NCBI GenBank assembly: GCA_020722365.1
Contig: DYKY01000008.1
Location: 1 to 50,310, forward strand
From: Thermoflexus sp.
Lineage (GTDB): Bacteria > Chloroflexota > Anaerolineae > B4-G1 > SLSP01
DNA: 50,310 bases
Direction: 5' to 3'
In this document: piece by piece, positions 15,890-25,591 of the stretch
How positions within the stretch are numbered: the stretch's first letter is position 1
How the letters are laid out: each line of letters starts with the position of its first letter
Notes under the pieces: generated by a model
What the model saw: the letters and a program-made list of their open reading frames with translations, nothing else
Database searches by the model: none
What the model was told of the DNA's origin: nothing
Made by a program: the position numbers and the translations under genes

Positions 15890-18800
15890 ATGCAAAAACT
15901 GGTGCGGCTGACAATTATCCTGATAGTGCTCTCAGCTCTGTGGCCGGCTGCGCCGACGGTTAATAGCGCAGCAACCACGGCCTCCGATCCCCCTATCGTC
16001 GAACCGGACGTGCTGCGCGCATTGGACACAGACCCGGAGACGCCGCTGCGCGTCATTGTGAAATTGCGCCCGGCAGGAGCAAGCAGCGCCACGCCGCCGG
16101 CAGAAACGGCGAATACAGCTTCGCACGCACTGCTGGTCGAATCGCTTCAGGACGATTTTGACGACGCCCTAGAACCCGTGACCACACTTCTCGCCGAAGC
16201 CCAGCGCCAGGGCGAGGTGCTGGCGCGACAGGATTTGTGGATCGTCCGCGCCACGGCGTTGACGACCAGCCCTGATTTCGTGCGCCGGTTGATCGCCTCG
16301 CCGGACGTGGCAGAAATTCGCCTGGATCACTACGAGCAGTACATCACCCCCGAACAGGTCCTCGTCCCCGAAAACGCGACCGTCACGACGCCCACCTGGG
16401 GGTTGACGCAAATCCGCGCTCCCGAAGTCTGGGCCACGCTGGGCATCTCTGGGACAGACGCCGTCGTAGCGATTATGGATACCGGTGTGGACATGCTGCA
16501 TCCGGCCCTGAGCAACAACTACCGGGGCAACCTGGGCCACGGATTGCTCGATCACACTCATTCATGGTTCGATGCCGTCAACGCGGGCCTGTATCCCTAC
16601 GACGATTACGGTCACGGTACACACGTCGCCGGGACGGCAGTGGGGGCAGGCGCTATCGGCGTGGCGCCGGGAGCACGGTGGATCGGCGTTAAAGTGCTCA
16701 GCGGCAAAGGCTACGGCTACGATTCCTGGATTCACGCCGGGTTTCAATGGCTGCTAGCGCCCGGCGGCAATCCGGCTTTGGCGCCTGACGTCGTCAACAA
16801 CTCATGGTCTTCGACGGTGAGTTCCAGCACCACCTTTGCAGAAGACATCGCGCTCTTGCAGGCAGCGGGCATTATGCCGCTGTTCGCCGCGGGTAACAGC
16901 GGTCCTACGTCTGGTTCTGTCGGCTCACCCGCCAGCAATCCAGGCGTCTTCGCCGTCGGCGCCAGCGACCCCGATGACGACGTGGCTTACTTCTCCAGTC
17001 GCGGGCCGTCGCCGTGGGACGAGGTGAAACCGCACATCGTCGCACCGGGCATCAACGTTCTCTCTTCTGTTCCGGGGGGTGTCTACGCGCACAGCAACGG
17101 CACGTCGATGGCCACACCGCACGTCGCCGGGTTGGTCGCGCTGCTGTGCTCCGCCGATCCCACGCTCTCTGTCACGGAAATCACCGACCTCATCGCCCAG
17201 ACCGCCATCCCCCTGGCGCTGCCGCTGCCCAACAACGACAGCGGTTGGGGCCGTATCGACGCTTTCGCCGCGGTCGCCGCTGCCACGCACGCCGGGCTGA
17301 TCACGGGCAACGTCGCCGGCCCCAACCAGCAAGCGATTGCCAATGCCATACTCGTCGCCGCGCCGCGCAATCCAGATGGAAATCATGCGCACACGATCAC
17401 CGACGCATCCGGGAACTATGCGCTGAGACTGCTTCCCGCCGTCTATGATGTCACGGCCTCGGCGTTTGGCTACCTGTCCGCCACGCAGCGGAACATCCCC
17501 GTCTTCACCGGAACGCAGCAGCGGCTCGATTTCACGCTCATCCCGCTGCCCACCGGGACCCTGCAAGGGCGCGTCACCGTCGCCGGGACCAACGCCGCCC
17601 CCACACGCACTGTCACCCTGGAGACGCTCGGCATGCCGGTCACGACGACCGTTAACGCTTCCGGCGATTACGGCCTCAAGCTGCCCACGGGCGTCTACAC
17701 CGTGGCTGCGCGTGGATCGGGCTATCGCGTGATCACCGCCACCGTCAGCGTCGTCGCCGGCGAGACCAGCACCCGCGACTTCGTCCTCACCCCCGCACCC
17801 ACACTGCTGCTGATCGACGAGGGTGCGTGGTACTACGAAAGCCAGACTTCCTACTGGAAAGCCGCTCTCGACGCGCTCGCCTATACCTACGACGAGCACC
17901 GCATCAAATACCCGCCCGCCGAAACCCCCATCAGCGCCACCCTCGCGCAGTATGACATCGTCCTGTGGTCATCGCCCAGAAGCGCACCGGGATTGGTTAA
18001 CGGCGGGATGGAACTGGATGCCTATCTCAAAGGCGGGGGGCGGCTGCTACTCAGTGGGCAGGACGTGGCGTATTACGACGGCGGGGGGAGTCTCTCCGGC
18101 CCACAACCCTACCTGCTGGAAACTATCGGCACCGGCTATGTCGCGGACAACGCCCCGGTCCGCCACTTATCCGGCCTGGGGCCGTTCTCCGGCATCACGG
18201 TGACGATTGAAGGCGGCGACGGGGCGAACAACCAAACCTGGCCCGACGTTGTTGAAGTCCGCGATCCCGACAAGGCAGGACTGCTCTGGCAGTATACGGA
18301 CGGCAGCGGCGGCGGCGTCAGTACTTCGGTTTGTACACCGTACCGCACCCTGTTCTTCTCCTTCGGCTACGAGGCCATCGCCGCGCGCGACCAGCGGTCG
18401 GATGTGCTCGCACGCAGTCTGGATTGGCTGATGACATCGCCCCCGACTGTCGCACTCGAACTCAAACATCTGAGCGATCCGTTGCATATCGACCTGCCAG
18501 GCCACGTTGTCACCCACACCCTGCGCCTGCGACACACCGGCTTCGGTGGCCTCGCCGCGCCCGTCACCCTCACAGTGGATTCCGCCGCCTGGCCCGCCAC
18601 GTTGACACCCCCCACGGCCATCCTCTCGGCATGCGAATCCATCACACTCACCGCCGTCATCACCCTCCCCGCCGAGGTCGGGATCAACGTCAGCAACGCC
18701 CTCACCGTGACGGCCGCTTCGCCCTTTTTGACGACGCCGACAACCATCACCCTGAACGTCAAGACGCCCGCGCCGGTGCTTTTGGTGGACGACGACCGCT

Positions 18801-20152
18801 GGTATCCGATGGAAGAGCGGTACACCAGCGCATTGACCGCGCGCGCCATCCCCTTCGACGTGTGGGATACCGCCGAAAACCGGGGCAGCATCCCCGGCCC
18901 ACGGTCGCCGAGCCTCGACATCCTGCGCCGCTACCCCATCATCCTCTGGTTCACCGGCTACGATTGGTATGCCCCGATTCTGGCGCAAGAGGCGGCGGCG
19001 CTGCTGGCCTATCTGGACAATGGCGGGCGGCTGCTGTTGACTTCGCAAGATTTCCTTTACGAACACGACGACAGCCCACTAGCCCGGCGTTTCGGTGTAT
19101 GGCATTGGGATGAAAGCCTCAATCCCACCTATGCCTTCGGCGTCCCCGACCACCCTGCCGGCGGGACGTGGGGGCCGGTTGAACTGGACTTCCCCTTCAG
19201 GAATTGGGCCGATGCCATCGAGCCGGCGCCCGATGCCGCGCCCGTCATCCGCGGGCAACTCGGACAGCCGCTCGGCATCGCCGCCACGGAAGCGGCCGCT
19301 ACAGAAGCGGTTGCCAATTCGCGGACGCTGTTCTACGCCTTCCCGCTGGAAACGTTGCCCTTCGACACGCGCGCGACGGCGCTGGCGCAAGGCGCCGGCT
19401 GGCTTTCGCCGCTAGGAATGAGCCAGTGGACGGTGACGCCAACAACGCCCTTCCCCGGCGGGTGCGTGACGCACACGCTCGTCCTCCACAACGACGCCCC
19501 GGAGATGCTGCCGGTGAACGTCACCCATACACTTCCCCCAGCGGTGACGCTTGCCGTGGACACCTTGCCATCCACGTGGGAGTACGCTGTCATCTCACGA
19601 ACGCTGGCCTGGAGTGGAGCGTTGCAACCGCATACACCGTTGACCTTCACCTGGACCGTCACCGCGACAGGCGATCCGGGCACAATCATCCCGCTTTCGC
19701 TCACGCTGGGACTGCCCACATGGCGCTTTGCATTTGCGCGCGAAGCCGCTCTGCACATCACCGGCGCGGATTTGTCGGCAAGCGAGTGGCTGTCGCCAGC
19801 ATGGGCCACGGTGCGCGCCGGCGTACCGGTGTCGCTGGCCTTCGCGCTGCACAACGCCGGACCAGGCACCGTGACAGAGGGGAAAATGCAGGCGTGGCTG
19901 ACGGTGGGTACATCGCCGGATACGGCGAAGTTGCCTGCCACAGGTGGGTGGGGCCTGAAGGTGTGGGAAGGCGCTCTTGGCGTCGGGGACACGCAAGTGC
20001 TCTCCGTTCCACTGTATGCGTGGACATGGGAGCGCCCCATCCGTGTAGATGCCATCCTGGAGGACGGCGCCGGTCAACGGTGGGAACGCCGGCTGTGGTT
20101 GAACGTGGAACCATGGCAGTGCTACCTGCCGGTGATTTACAAGTCGCGGTAG
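15890..20152 (+). CDS. Large secreted subtilisin-like (S8) serine protease with a long C-terminal multi-domain region
   Basis: Signal-like N-terminus MQKLVRLTIILIVLSALWPAAP. Catalytic triad motifs AIMDTGVD, HGTHVAGT and GTSMATPHVAG. AAGGAG ribosome-binding site. 1420 aa. Confidence 0.85.
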   Translation: MQKLVRLTIILIVLSALWPAAPTVNSAATTASDPPIVEPDVLRALDTDPETPLRVIVKLRPAGASSATPPAETANTASHALLVESLQDDFDDALEPVTTLLAEAQRQGEVLARQDLWIVRATALTTSPDFVRRLIASPDVAEIRLDHYEQYITPEQVLVPENATVTTPTWGLTQIRAPEVWATLGISGTDAVVAIMDTGVDMLHPALSNNYRGNLGHGLLDHTHSWFDAVNAGLYPYDDYGHGTHVAGTAVGAGAIGVAPGARWIGVKVLSGKGYGYDSWIHAGFQWLLAPGGNPALAPDVVNNSWSSTVSSSTTFAEDIALLQAAGIMPLFAAGNSGPTSGSVGSPASNPGVFAVGASDPDDDVAYFSSRGPSPWDEVKPHIVAPGINVLSSVPGGVYAHSNGTSMATPHVAGLVALLCSADPTLSVTEITDLIAQTAIPLALPLPNNDSGWGRIDAFAAVAAATHAGLITGNVAGPNQQAIANAILVAAPRNPDGNHAHTITDASGNYALRLLPAVYDVTASAFGYLSATQRNIPVFTGTQQRLDFTLIPLPTGTLQGRVTVAGTNAAPTRTVTLETLGMPVTTTVNASGDYGLKLPTGVYTVAARGSGYRVITATVSVVAGETSTRDFVLTPAPTLLLIDEGAWYYESQTSYWKAALDALAYTYDEHRIKYPPAETPISATLAQYDIVLWSSPRSAPGLVNGGMELDAYLKGGGRLLLSGQDVAYYDGGGSLSGPQPYLLETIGTGYVADNAPVRHLSGLGPFSGITVTIEGGDGANNQTWPDVVEVRDPDKAGLLWQYTDGSGGGVSTSVCTPYRTLFFSFGYEAIAARDQRSDVLARSLDWLMTSPPTVALELKHLSDPLHIDLPGHVVTHTLRLRHTGFGGLAAPVTLTVDSAAWPATLTPPTAILSACESITLTAVITLPAEVGINVSNALTVTAASPFLTTPTTITLNVKTPAPVLLVDDDRWYPMEERYTSALTARAIPFDVWDTAENRGSIPGPRSPSLDILRRYPIILWFTGYDWYAPILAQEAAALLAYLDNGGRLLLTSQDFLYEHDDSPLARRFGVWHWDESLNPTYAFGVPDHPAGGTWGPVELDFPFRNWADAIEPAPDAAPVIRGQLGQPLGIAATEAAATEAVANSRTLFYAFPLETLPFDTRATALAQGAGWLSPLGMSQWTVTPTTPFPGGCVTHTLVLHNDAPEMLPVNVTHTLPPAVTLAVDTLPSTWEYAVISRTLAWSGALQPHTPLTFTWTVTATGDPGTIIPLSLTLGLPTWRFAFAREAALHITGADLSASEWLSPAWATVRAGVPVSLAFALHNAGPGTVTEGKMQAWLTVGTSPDTAKLPATGGWGLKVWEGALGVGDTQVLSVPLYAWTWERPIRVDAILEDGAGQRWERRLWLNVEPWQCYLPVIYKSR

Positions 20153-20189
20153 GGCGAGCCAACGACTCGCCCTACACGCTCAACACAGG

Positions 20190-20852
20190 TCAGTTCGACA
20201 ATTGGCGAATCACCATCACCACTTTGCCCTGGACGCGCACATCGTTCGCCGGGACAAAGATCGGTTCCATGGTGGGATTGGCAGGTTGCAATCGCACGCG
20301 CGCGCCCTCATAGTAGACTTTTTTCAGCGTTGTTTCGGCGTTGCTGTTCAGCCAAACGGCAGCCATTTCGCCATTCTCGACGCGATCCTGATGGCGCAGG
20401 ATGACGGTGTCGCCATCGTGAATCAGCGCGTCGATCATCGAATTGCCCTGAACTTGCAACGCGAAAAGCCCATTGACATCCCGGCCAAAAAGCGCGCGAT
20501 TGATCTCAACTGTCTCGGTACCGTCGAGGGCTTCCACCGGTATGGGCGCGCTGGCGACGATATAGCCCAGGAAGGGGATCGACAGTGTCGCACTGCTGCC
20601 GGTCAAAAAATCACTCGGCTGATATGGGTTTGAGACCAGGCGGATACCGCGCGAGATGGAGGATTCGCGGTCGATCAAGCCGCGCTCTTCCAACCCCTTA
20701 AGGTAATAGGAAACCAGGGATGTTGAAGGAATATCCAACGCTTCTCCAATCTCACGCACGGTCGGCGGGTAGCCATTTGTGTTGATATAGTCGCTCAAGA
20801 AAGCGTACATTTGGGCTTGTCGTTCGAGCAGTTTCGTCTTCTTCGTTTTCAC
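20190..20852 (-). CDS. lexA: LexA repressor
   Basis: wHTH N-terminus (FLSDYINTNGYPPTVREIGEAL). S24 peptidase C-terminus (ALQVQGNSMIDALIHDGDTVIL ... TLKKVY). The GTG at 20852 is preceded by GGAGGTG and gives about 220 aa. The 71 upstream codons of the tracked ORF look non-coding. Confidence 0.9.
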   Translation of the reverse strand: MKTKKTKLLERQAQMYAFLSDYINTNGYPPTVREIGEALDIPSTSLVSYYLKGLEERGLIDRESSISRGIRLVSNPYQPSDFLTGSSATLSIPFLGYIVASAPIPVEALDGTETVEINRALFGRDVNGLFALQVQGNSMIDALIHDGDTVILRHQDRVENGEMAAVWLNSNAETTLKKVYYEGARVRLQPANPTMEPIFVPANDVRVQGKVVMVIRQLSN

Positions 20853-20909
20853 TATCCACCTCCACTTTGACGCACAATGTTTGCGGTTATCCCAAGTTAT
20901 CCCAAACTT

Positions 20910-20938
20910 ATTATAATTGCACATTTGTTCTATGTCAA
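20910..20938 (-). promoter_or_regulatory. Consensus sigma70-type promoter for lexA (TTGACA - 17 nt - TATAAT) with a candidate LexA box, GAACAAATGTGC (20919-20930), in the spacer.
   Basis: The minus strand reads TTGACA TAGAACAAATGTGCAAT TATAAT (plus-strand tgtcaa at 20933-20938, attata at 20910-20915). The spacer box differs at one position from the GAAC-N4-GTTC Cheo-type SOS box. Confidence 0.55.
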
Positions 20939-21200
20939 GTCCTAAATCGAAAAATGCCGGTGATGACCCATATCTCACCGCAGAGCACGCTGAGGCCGCA
21001 GAGAGATACAAAAGAAGCTTTCTCTGCGTGCTTTGCGACCTCTGCGGTGAATGAATCGCGCGCATCGTGCAACATGTAATGGGATTGCATTACGAGTCAT
21101 TTTCGTGTAAAATAAGATATAGACTCACTGTAGTCCAACAACGCAAGGACATGCAACCATAATGATTGGAACGCACCAGCTGAATTGTAGGCGAGAGACC

Positions 21201-22166
21201 ATGAAATCGATACGGTTTTTTAGAAAGATAAGCATAGTGCTCTTACTCGCCATTGCGGTAGGATTCTTTGCGCCACAAACCAGCCTCGCACAACGTAAGA
21301 CAGAAGAGTTCTTCGTAGAGACTGGGCATCTGGTAAAGGGAGAATTCTATACCTATTTCCGCACGTATGGCGGTTTAGAGATCTTCGGCTATCCCCTTAC
21401 CGATGAGTTTGTCTATCAAGGACTCACAGTGCAATACTTCCAGAAAGCACGTATGGAATGGCACCCGGAAAACCCGGTCCCGTACAAGGTTCAATTGGGG
21501 CTGCTCGGGGAAGAGTTAAAATACCGGCAACCGCCCGTGCCCGAACCAACGCCACGCTCACGGCGCAAGGTCTTTTTCCCTGAGACGGGGCATACCGTGT
21601 CTTACGCTTTCCTCGATTTCTTCAATAAACATGGCGGTATAGATATCTTCGGCTACCCGATCACAGAAATGTACTTTGAGGATGGCCAGATTGTCCAATA
21701 CTTCCAACGTCTAAAATTACTATGGCAACCCAACGATCCTGTTAACACCGTAGCCGTTGGCAATCTTGGATCTGTCCACTACAATATGTATCGTGACCAT
21801 ATGCTATCGGAAACACCTGGTGAAAGCCGCATTCAGACTGAGATTACCAAACTGCGCGCAGTCGTGTCGTTGCGCTACTCAGTTATGAGTACACGGCGCA
21901 ATCAGATCGTGACAGTCCTGGTGACCGACAACAACAGCGGCGCTCCGATAGAAAATGCACAAGTCAATATCAGTTTTGTCGATAAATCTGTGAATGTCAC
22001 TCTGCCTGGCAGCAGTCAAACGCTCATCACAGATAAGCGCGGTTTTGCTAGCGTCTCATTACCCGTCAATGAAGGACACTCCGGCACGAATATTGTCGTA
22101 CTCGCTGTTGTTACCTATGGAGGTTTGAGCACGACAGCTCAAAACGTGTTCCTGTTGTGGTGGTAG
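21201..22166 (+). CDS. Secreted or membrane-anchored hypothetical protein with duplicated G-H-x-V ... GG-x-x-IFGYP motif and an Ig-like C-terminal region
   Basis: Signal or anchor sequence MKSIRFFRKISIVLLLAIAVGFFAPQTSLAQ. Internal repeat ETGHLVKGEFYTYFRTYGGLEIFGYPLTDEF / ETGHTVSYAFLDFFNKHGGIDIFGYPITEMY. No enzymatic motif recognised. Confidence 0.6.
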   Translation: MKSIRFFRKISIVLLLAIAVGFFAPQTSLAQRKTEEFFVETGHLVKGEFYTYFRTYGGLEIFGYPLTDEFVYQGLTVQYFQKARMEWHPENPVPYKVQLGLLGEELKYRQPPVPEPTPRSRRKVFFPETGHTVSYAFLDFFNKHGGIDIFGYPITEMYFEDGQIVQYFQRLKLLWQPNDPVNTVAVGNLGSVHYNMYRDHMLSETPGESRIQTEITKLRAVVSLRYSVMSTRRNQIVTVLVTDNNSGAPIENAQVNISFVDKSVNVTLPGSSQTLITDKRGFASVSLPVNEGHSGTNIVVLAVVTYGGLSTTAQNVFLLWW

Positions 22167-22173
22167 GATACCT

Positions 22174-22217
22174 AACAAACAAAAACAGCGCGGTGATACA
22201 CCGTGCTGTTTTTGTTT
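22174..22217. terminator. Bidirectional intrinsic terminator between convergent genes
   Basis: Stem cagcgcgg (22186-22193) / ccgtgctg (22201-22208) with one mismatch and a 7-nt loop. Flanked by an A-rich tract (22174-22185) and tttttgttt (22209-22217). Confidence 0.65.
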
Positions 22218-22245
22218 CGCCTATGATGCTACTGAATTTACAGTC

Positions 22246-22416
22246 TTACTCTTCGGCGCCATCCGGCATCGGAATTAATCCCAGACGTACTTTGAGCCGC
22301 GCGAACCAGGATGTTTTACGAATAACCGAGGGGGTTCCGCTGGTGCGCATATTGCGCAAGCGATCCACCGTCCGACGTAGCTTCTGCATCTTCACCACAT
22401 TTTCTTTATCTGCCAT
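22246..22416 (-). CDS. Small basic protein (56 aa), absent from the ORF track
   Basis: The minus strand reads GGGAGGGTAGTTC ATG GCA GAT AAA..., encoding MADKENVVKMQKLRRTVDRLRNMRTSGTPSVIRKTSWFARLKVRLGLIPMPDGAEE. Strong ribosome-binding site, and the terminator lies just downstream. No homology assessable here. Confidence 0.4.
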   Translation of the reverse strand: MADKENVVKMQKLRRTVDRLRNMRTSGTPSVIRKTSWFARLKVRLGLIPMPDGAEE

Positions 22417-22490
22417 GAACTACCCTCCCGATTCCTCAAGGAATCAATGACTCTTAAATTCTAACACCAACTCCCGGTAAAGCAAATGTA

Positions 22491-23321
22491 TCACTCTTCC
22501 AGCGTCGTAAGCGCCTGCTCCGGCGAAGAGGCAAATAGATACCCCACACCACGCACATTCAAAATGTAGCGAGGATTTTCAGGATCGGGTTCCAACTTGC
22601 GCCGCAACCGCCGGATGTGAACCCGAACGATTGAACGCGCCCCCCAGGCATCGGTATCGTATCCCTGCGCACAGCGCACTAAATCTTGCGGGGTACAAAC
22701 TTCGCCCGCCCGCCCTATCAAACATTCCAGAAGACGGAATTCCGTCGGCGTCAGTTCGACCGGTTGCCCACGATACGTCACCAGATGTTTACCCTTATCA
22801 ATCTGAATATCGCCGACGACGGTGGCGTCATCTCCCTTTTCCATCTCGGACAGGGCCTCTACACCCATCAAGCCGTCCGTCGTCGCCACCAAAGCCTGTA
22901 GCGTATTTTGAAGCTGGCTGATCAGCAAACGACGGTGACGCCCGGCCTTCAACTCCGAGAGCGCGCGTCGTACAGCGACTAACACCTCTTCTACGGGACT
23001 GGGCTTGAGCAAAAAGTCGTAAGCGCCCTTACGTAACGCCTGGACGGCCGTCTCCAACGTGCCGTAGCCGGTAATGAGGATGACGATGGTTTCCGCAGAA
23101 ATCCTGCGGATGCCGTCCAGCACCTGCAAGCCGTCCATACCCGGCAGGCGCAGGTCAAGAATGGCCAGATCAAACATAGGCTCTTGGCGCACAATCGCAA
23201 GCGCCTGCTCACCAGAGGCTGCTAACGTGACGTGGTAGCCTTCAAGACGCAGCACTTCGCCGAGGGTGATCCGCTCGGCTGCTTCGTCATCCACCACTAA
23301 AATGCGAATATCGTCCATCAA
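22491..23321 (-). CDS. OmpR-family response regulator (REC + winged-helix DNA-binding domain)
   Basis: REC N-terminus ILVVDDE...DLAILDLRLPGMDG. C-terminal LTPTEFRLLECL...VRVHIRRLRRKLE...ILNVRGVGYLF. Confidence 0.9.
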   Translation of the reverse strand: MMDDIRILVVDDEAAERITLGEVLRLEGYHVTLAASGEQALAIVRQEPMFDLAILDLRLPGMDGLQVLDGIRRISAETIVILITGYGTLETAVQALRKGAYDFLLKPSPVEEVLVAVRRALSELKAGRHRRLLISQLQNTLQALVATTDGLMGVEALSEMEKGDDATVVGDIQIDKGKHLVTYRGQPVELTPTEFRLLECLIGRAGEVCTPQDLVRCAQGYDTDAWGARSIVRVHIRRLRRKLEPDPENPRYILNVRGVGYLFASSPEQALTTLEE

Positions 23322-24940
23322 GCCTCCTCGTAGTGCTGCGGCAGACGCACGATAAATGTCGTCCCGGCCCCCGGAGGGCTTTCCACTTCAATCATACCTC
23401 CATGCCGCTCAATAATGCCATAACTGATGGCCAGTCCCAACCCCGTGCCGGTCGATTTCGATGTGTGAAAGGGTTCAAACATATGCTCGCGCATCTCCGG
23501 CGCAATGCCCGGCCCGCTATCGCGGAACGCGACCACGATTTGCCGACGCTCGGCATGATAGGCGCTACCGACCCACAACGTCCCGCCATCAGGCATGGCT
23601 TCCACCGCATTGATAATGATGTTGAGAAACACCTGCGTCAACTGGTTGGGCGCGCCGCGCACCGGCGGCAGATTCGAAGACAGCCGCGACACCACCTCGA
23701 TGTGCGCTTGTTGCAGACGTTTACCGGCAATCGCCAGGGCATCTTCCACCGGGCGATTCACATCCAGGGGCTGCATCGCCGATGAAGGGCGATAGAAATC
23801 CAACATGCGGCGCACGATCTGCACCAGACGGGTCACTTCTTGCTGCGCCATTTCGAGGAACTGCCGTCTTTTTTCCTCCTCCAGCCCTTGATGTAAGGCC
23901 AGGTGCAGGCTATTCTGAATCGCCTGAAGCGGATTGTTAATCTCGTGCGCCAACGAGGCCGCCAGACGCCCCACCGCCGCCATCTTTTCGACCTGGATCA
24001 GTTGGTTTTGAGAACGCTCGACTTCTTCGGCAAAGGACTCCAAATCCTGGAACAATCGCGCATTCTGGACCGCCACCGAGACGGTCGCCGCGAGGTGCTC
24101 CACCAGTGGCATTGATTCCTCATCGAGGCCTGCCGCCTGCTTCAGCACGACCAGCGCACCGATACGCTCACTGCCTTTCGTCAACGGCACGCATAAAATG
24201 TCCAGAGACGTGCAGGCGAGCGCCTCATTCCAAAACCCTTCACGCACCGCCCGGAACAACATAGAGCGGCTATCGGCGACCACGCCGCGCAAGACAGCAT
24301 CGTCAGCAGGAACAACACGGCCTTCAAGCCAGATCCCGGACTGCGCGCGCGCCGTCCGCACCACCCACGCCTGGGATTCTTCGTCATTAAGTACCAGAGC
24401 GAGTGCATCCGTTTCGATCAAGCGCCCCAGACCTTCCAACGCCGAAGCCAGCACTTCGTCCAAATCCAGGCTGGAGGACACCATACGATTGATGTCATCG
24501 AGGGCCGCCAATTCCTGGTTGCGCCGCCGAAGCATTTGCTCTGTCCGGCGGATACGCAGCACCACCCCCACGCGGGCCAGCAATTCCTGGGGATCGAAAG
24601 GCTTGATGATGTAATCATCGGCCCCCATCTGGAGACCGCGCGTCTTTGATGGAATGGAGTCCAGGCCGGTAATGAGGATCACGGGGATCTGTCCCAACTG
24701 CACATCGGCTTTCATCCGCTCCAAAATGCGGAAGCCGTCTTCGCCGGGCATCATCACATCCAACAACACGGCATCAACCGGCGTGGCCTTTACCAACTCC
24801 TGGTGCAGAAGCGCCAATGCCCCCTCCCCCTCGTCGGCGACCAGCGTCTCGCAGGGGATCATATCCAACACCTCTTTGACCAGGTGAATCATTTTGGGGT
24901 CGTCATCGACCACCAGGATACGCGCTTGTGAATCGACCAT
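23318..24940 (-). CDS. Hybrid sensor: REC - GAF-like - HisKA/HATPase histidine kinase
   Basis: REC (ILVVDDDP...VLLDVMMPGEDG). H-box SLAHEINNPL. N/G boxes (NIIINAVEAM, DSGPGI, GTGLGLAISYGI). The ATG at 24940 avoids overlap with the upstream gene. Overlaps the response regulator start by 4 nt. Confidence 0.85.
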   Translation of the reverse strand: MVDSQARILVVDDDPKMIHLVKEVLDMIPCETLVADEGEGALALLHQELVKATPVDAVLLDVMMPGEDGFRILERMKADVQLGQIPVILITGLDSIPSKTRGLQMGADDYIIKPFDPQELLARVGVVLRIRRTEQMLRRRNQELAALDDINRMVSSSLDLDEVLASALEGLGRLIETDALALVLNDEESQAWVVRTARAQSGIWLEGRVVPADDAVLRGVVADSRSMLFRAVREGFWNEALACTSLDILCVPLTKGSERIGALVVLKQAAGLDEESMPLVEHLAATVSVAVQNARLFQDLESFAEEVERSQNQLIQVEKMAAVGRLAASLAHEINNPLQAIQNSLHLALHQGLEEEKRRQFLEMAQQEVTRLVQIVRRMLDFYRPSSAMQPLDVNRPVEDALAIAGKRLQQAHIEVVSRLSSNLPPVRGAPNQLTQVFLNIIINAVEAMPDGGTLWVGSAYHAERRQIVVAFRDSGPGIAPEMREHMFEPFHTSKSTGTGLGLAISYGIIERHGGMIEVESPPGAGTTFIVRLPQHYEEA

Positions 24941-24947
24941 TGTTCCC

Positions 24948-25469
24948 CTACTCAGCAGAAACGGCCCGTTCGACCGCCGCCAACAAGCGCGCAAACCGCG
25001 CTTCGCTGACATTCAAGGCGACCTCGTATGGCGTGTCACTCCATCCGGCGAACACCCGGCGCAAACCCGCGTCAGTTCCCGTGAGAGGGACAAAAAAGCA
25101 TCGTGCCCGGGGATAGAGATGCCGGGTATGGACCTGAACAGACTTGTTGTAGTGCAGTTCCAGAAAACGCCCCGCGGTGCGATAACGTTCCAGACTATCG
25201 TCGGCAAGACGCACATTTCCCTCATAGTCCACCCAATGCGCCACGGCGTCGCCAAAGGCGGACATAATCTCTTCGTAGGCCGCATCTTCGGGGAATACCA
25301 TGTGGGTATCGCCATCCCAGTAGATCGAAATCCAGTCGGCACGTTCGTTGAAGGCGCGCAAAAACCACAGCCGGTCGCTGTTGGCCGTAGAGCCGATCCA
25401 CCAGACCAACAAGCCGGTCGCGATGACCAACACGAACAACACCCCTAGAAAGCCAGGTTGTTTGCGCAT
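24948..25469 (-). CDS. Hypothetical membrane-anchored protein, first gene of the sensor/regulator cluster
   Basis: N-terminal anchor MRKQPGFLGVLFVLVIATGLLVWWI. No recognised motif. Same strand as the kinase gene and 7 nt from it. Confidence 0.5.
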   Translation of the reverse strand: MRKQPGFLGVLFVLVIATGLLVWWIGSTANSDRLWFLRAFNERADWISIYWDGDTHMVFPEDAAYEEIMSAFGDAVAHWVDYEGNVRLADDSLERYRTAGRFLELHYNKSVQVHTRHLYPRARCFFVPLTGTDAGLRRVFAGWSDTPYEVALNVSEARFARLLAAVERAVSAE

Positions 25470-25591
25470 CGTTGTATGCCCTCTCACAATAAATTATACC
25501 CCGCCTTAGCAAATTTGGAAAGCACGCTGAGAAGGCAATGGCAAAAAACGGAGGGATGGGCACCCTCCGCTTTTGCTCTCCACGCAAGGAT

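Noticed and set aside
16925-19066. Long minus-strand ORFs (16925-17899, 18167-19066) opposite the S8 protease gene
   Set aside because: They are shadow ORFs in GC-rich coding DNA. The plus strand has the full Asp/His/Ser triad and a signal peptide.
20853-21065. N-terminal 71-codon extension of lexA in the ORF track
   Set aside because: The extension contains the consensus promoter and candidate operator. A GGAGGTG RBS precedes the GTG at 20852, which yields a normal-length LexA.
22157-22450. 97-aa plus-strand ORF downstream of the secreted-protein gene
   Set aside because: It reads straight through a strong bidirectional terminator and has no RBS. The opposite strand carries a better-supported small ORF.
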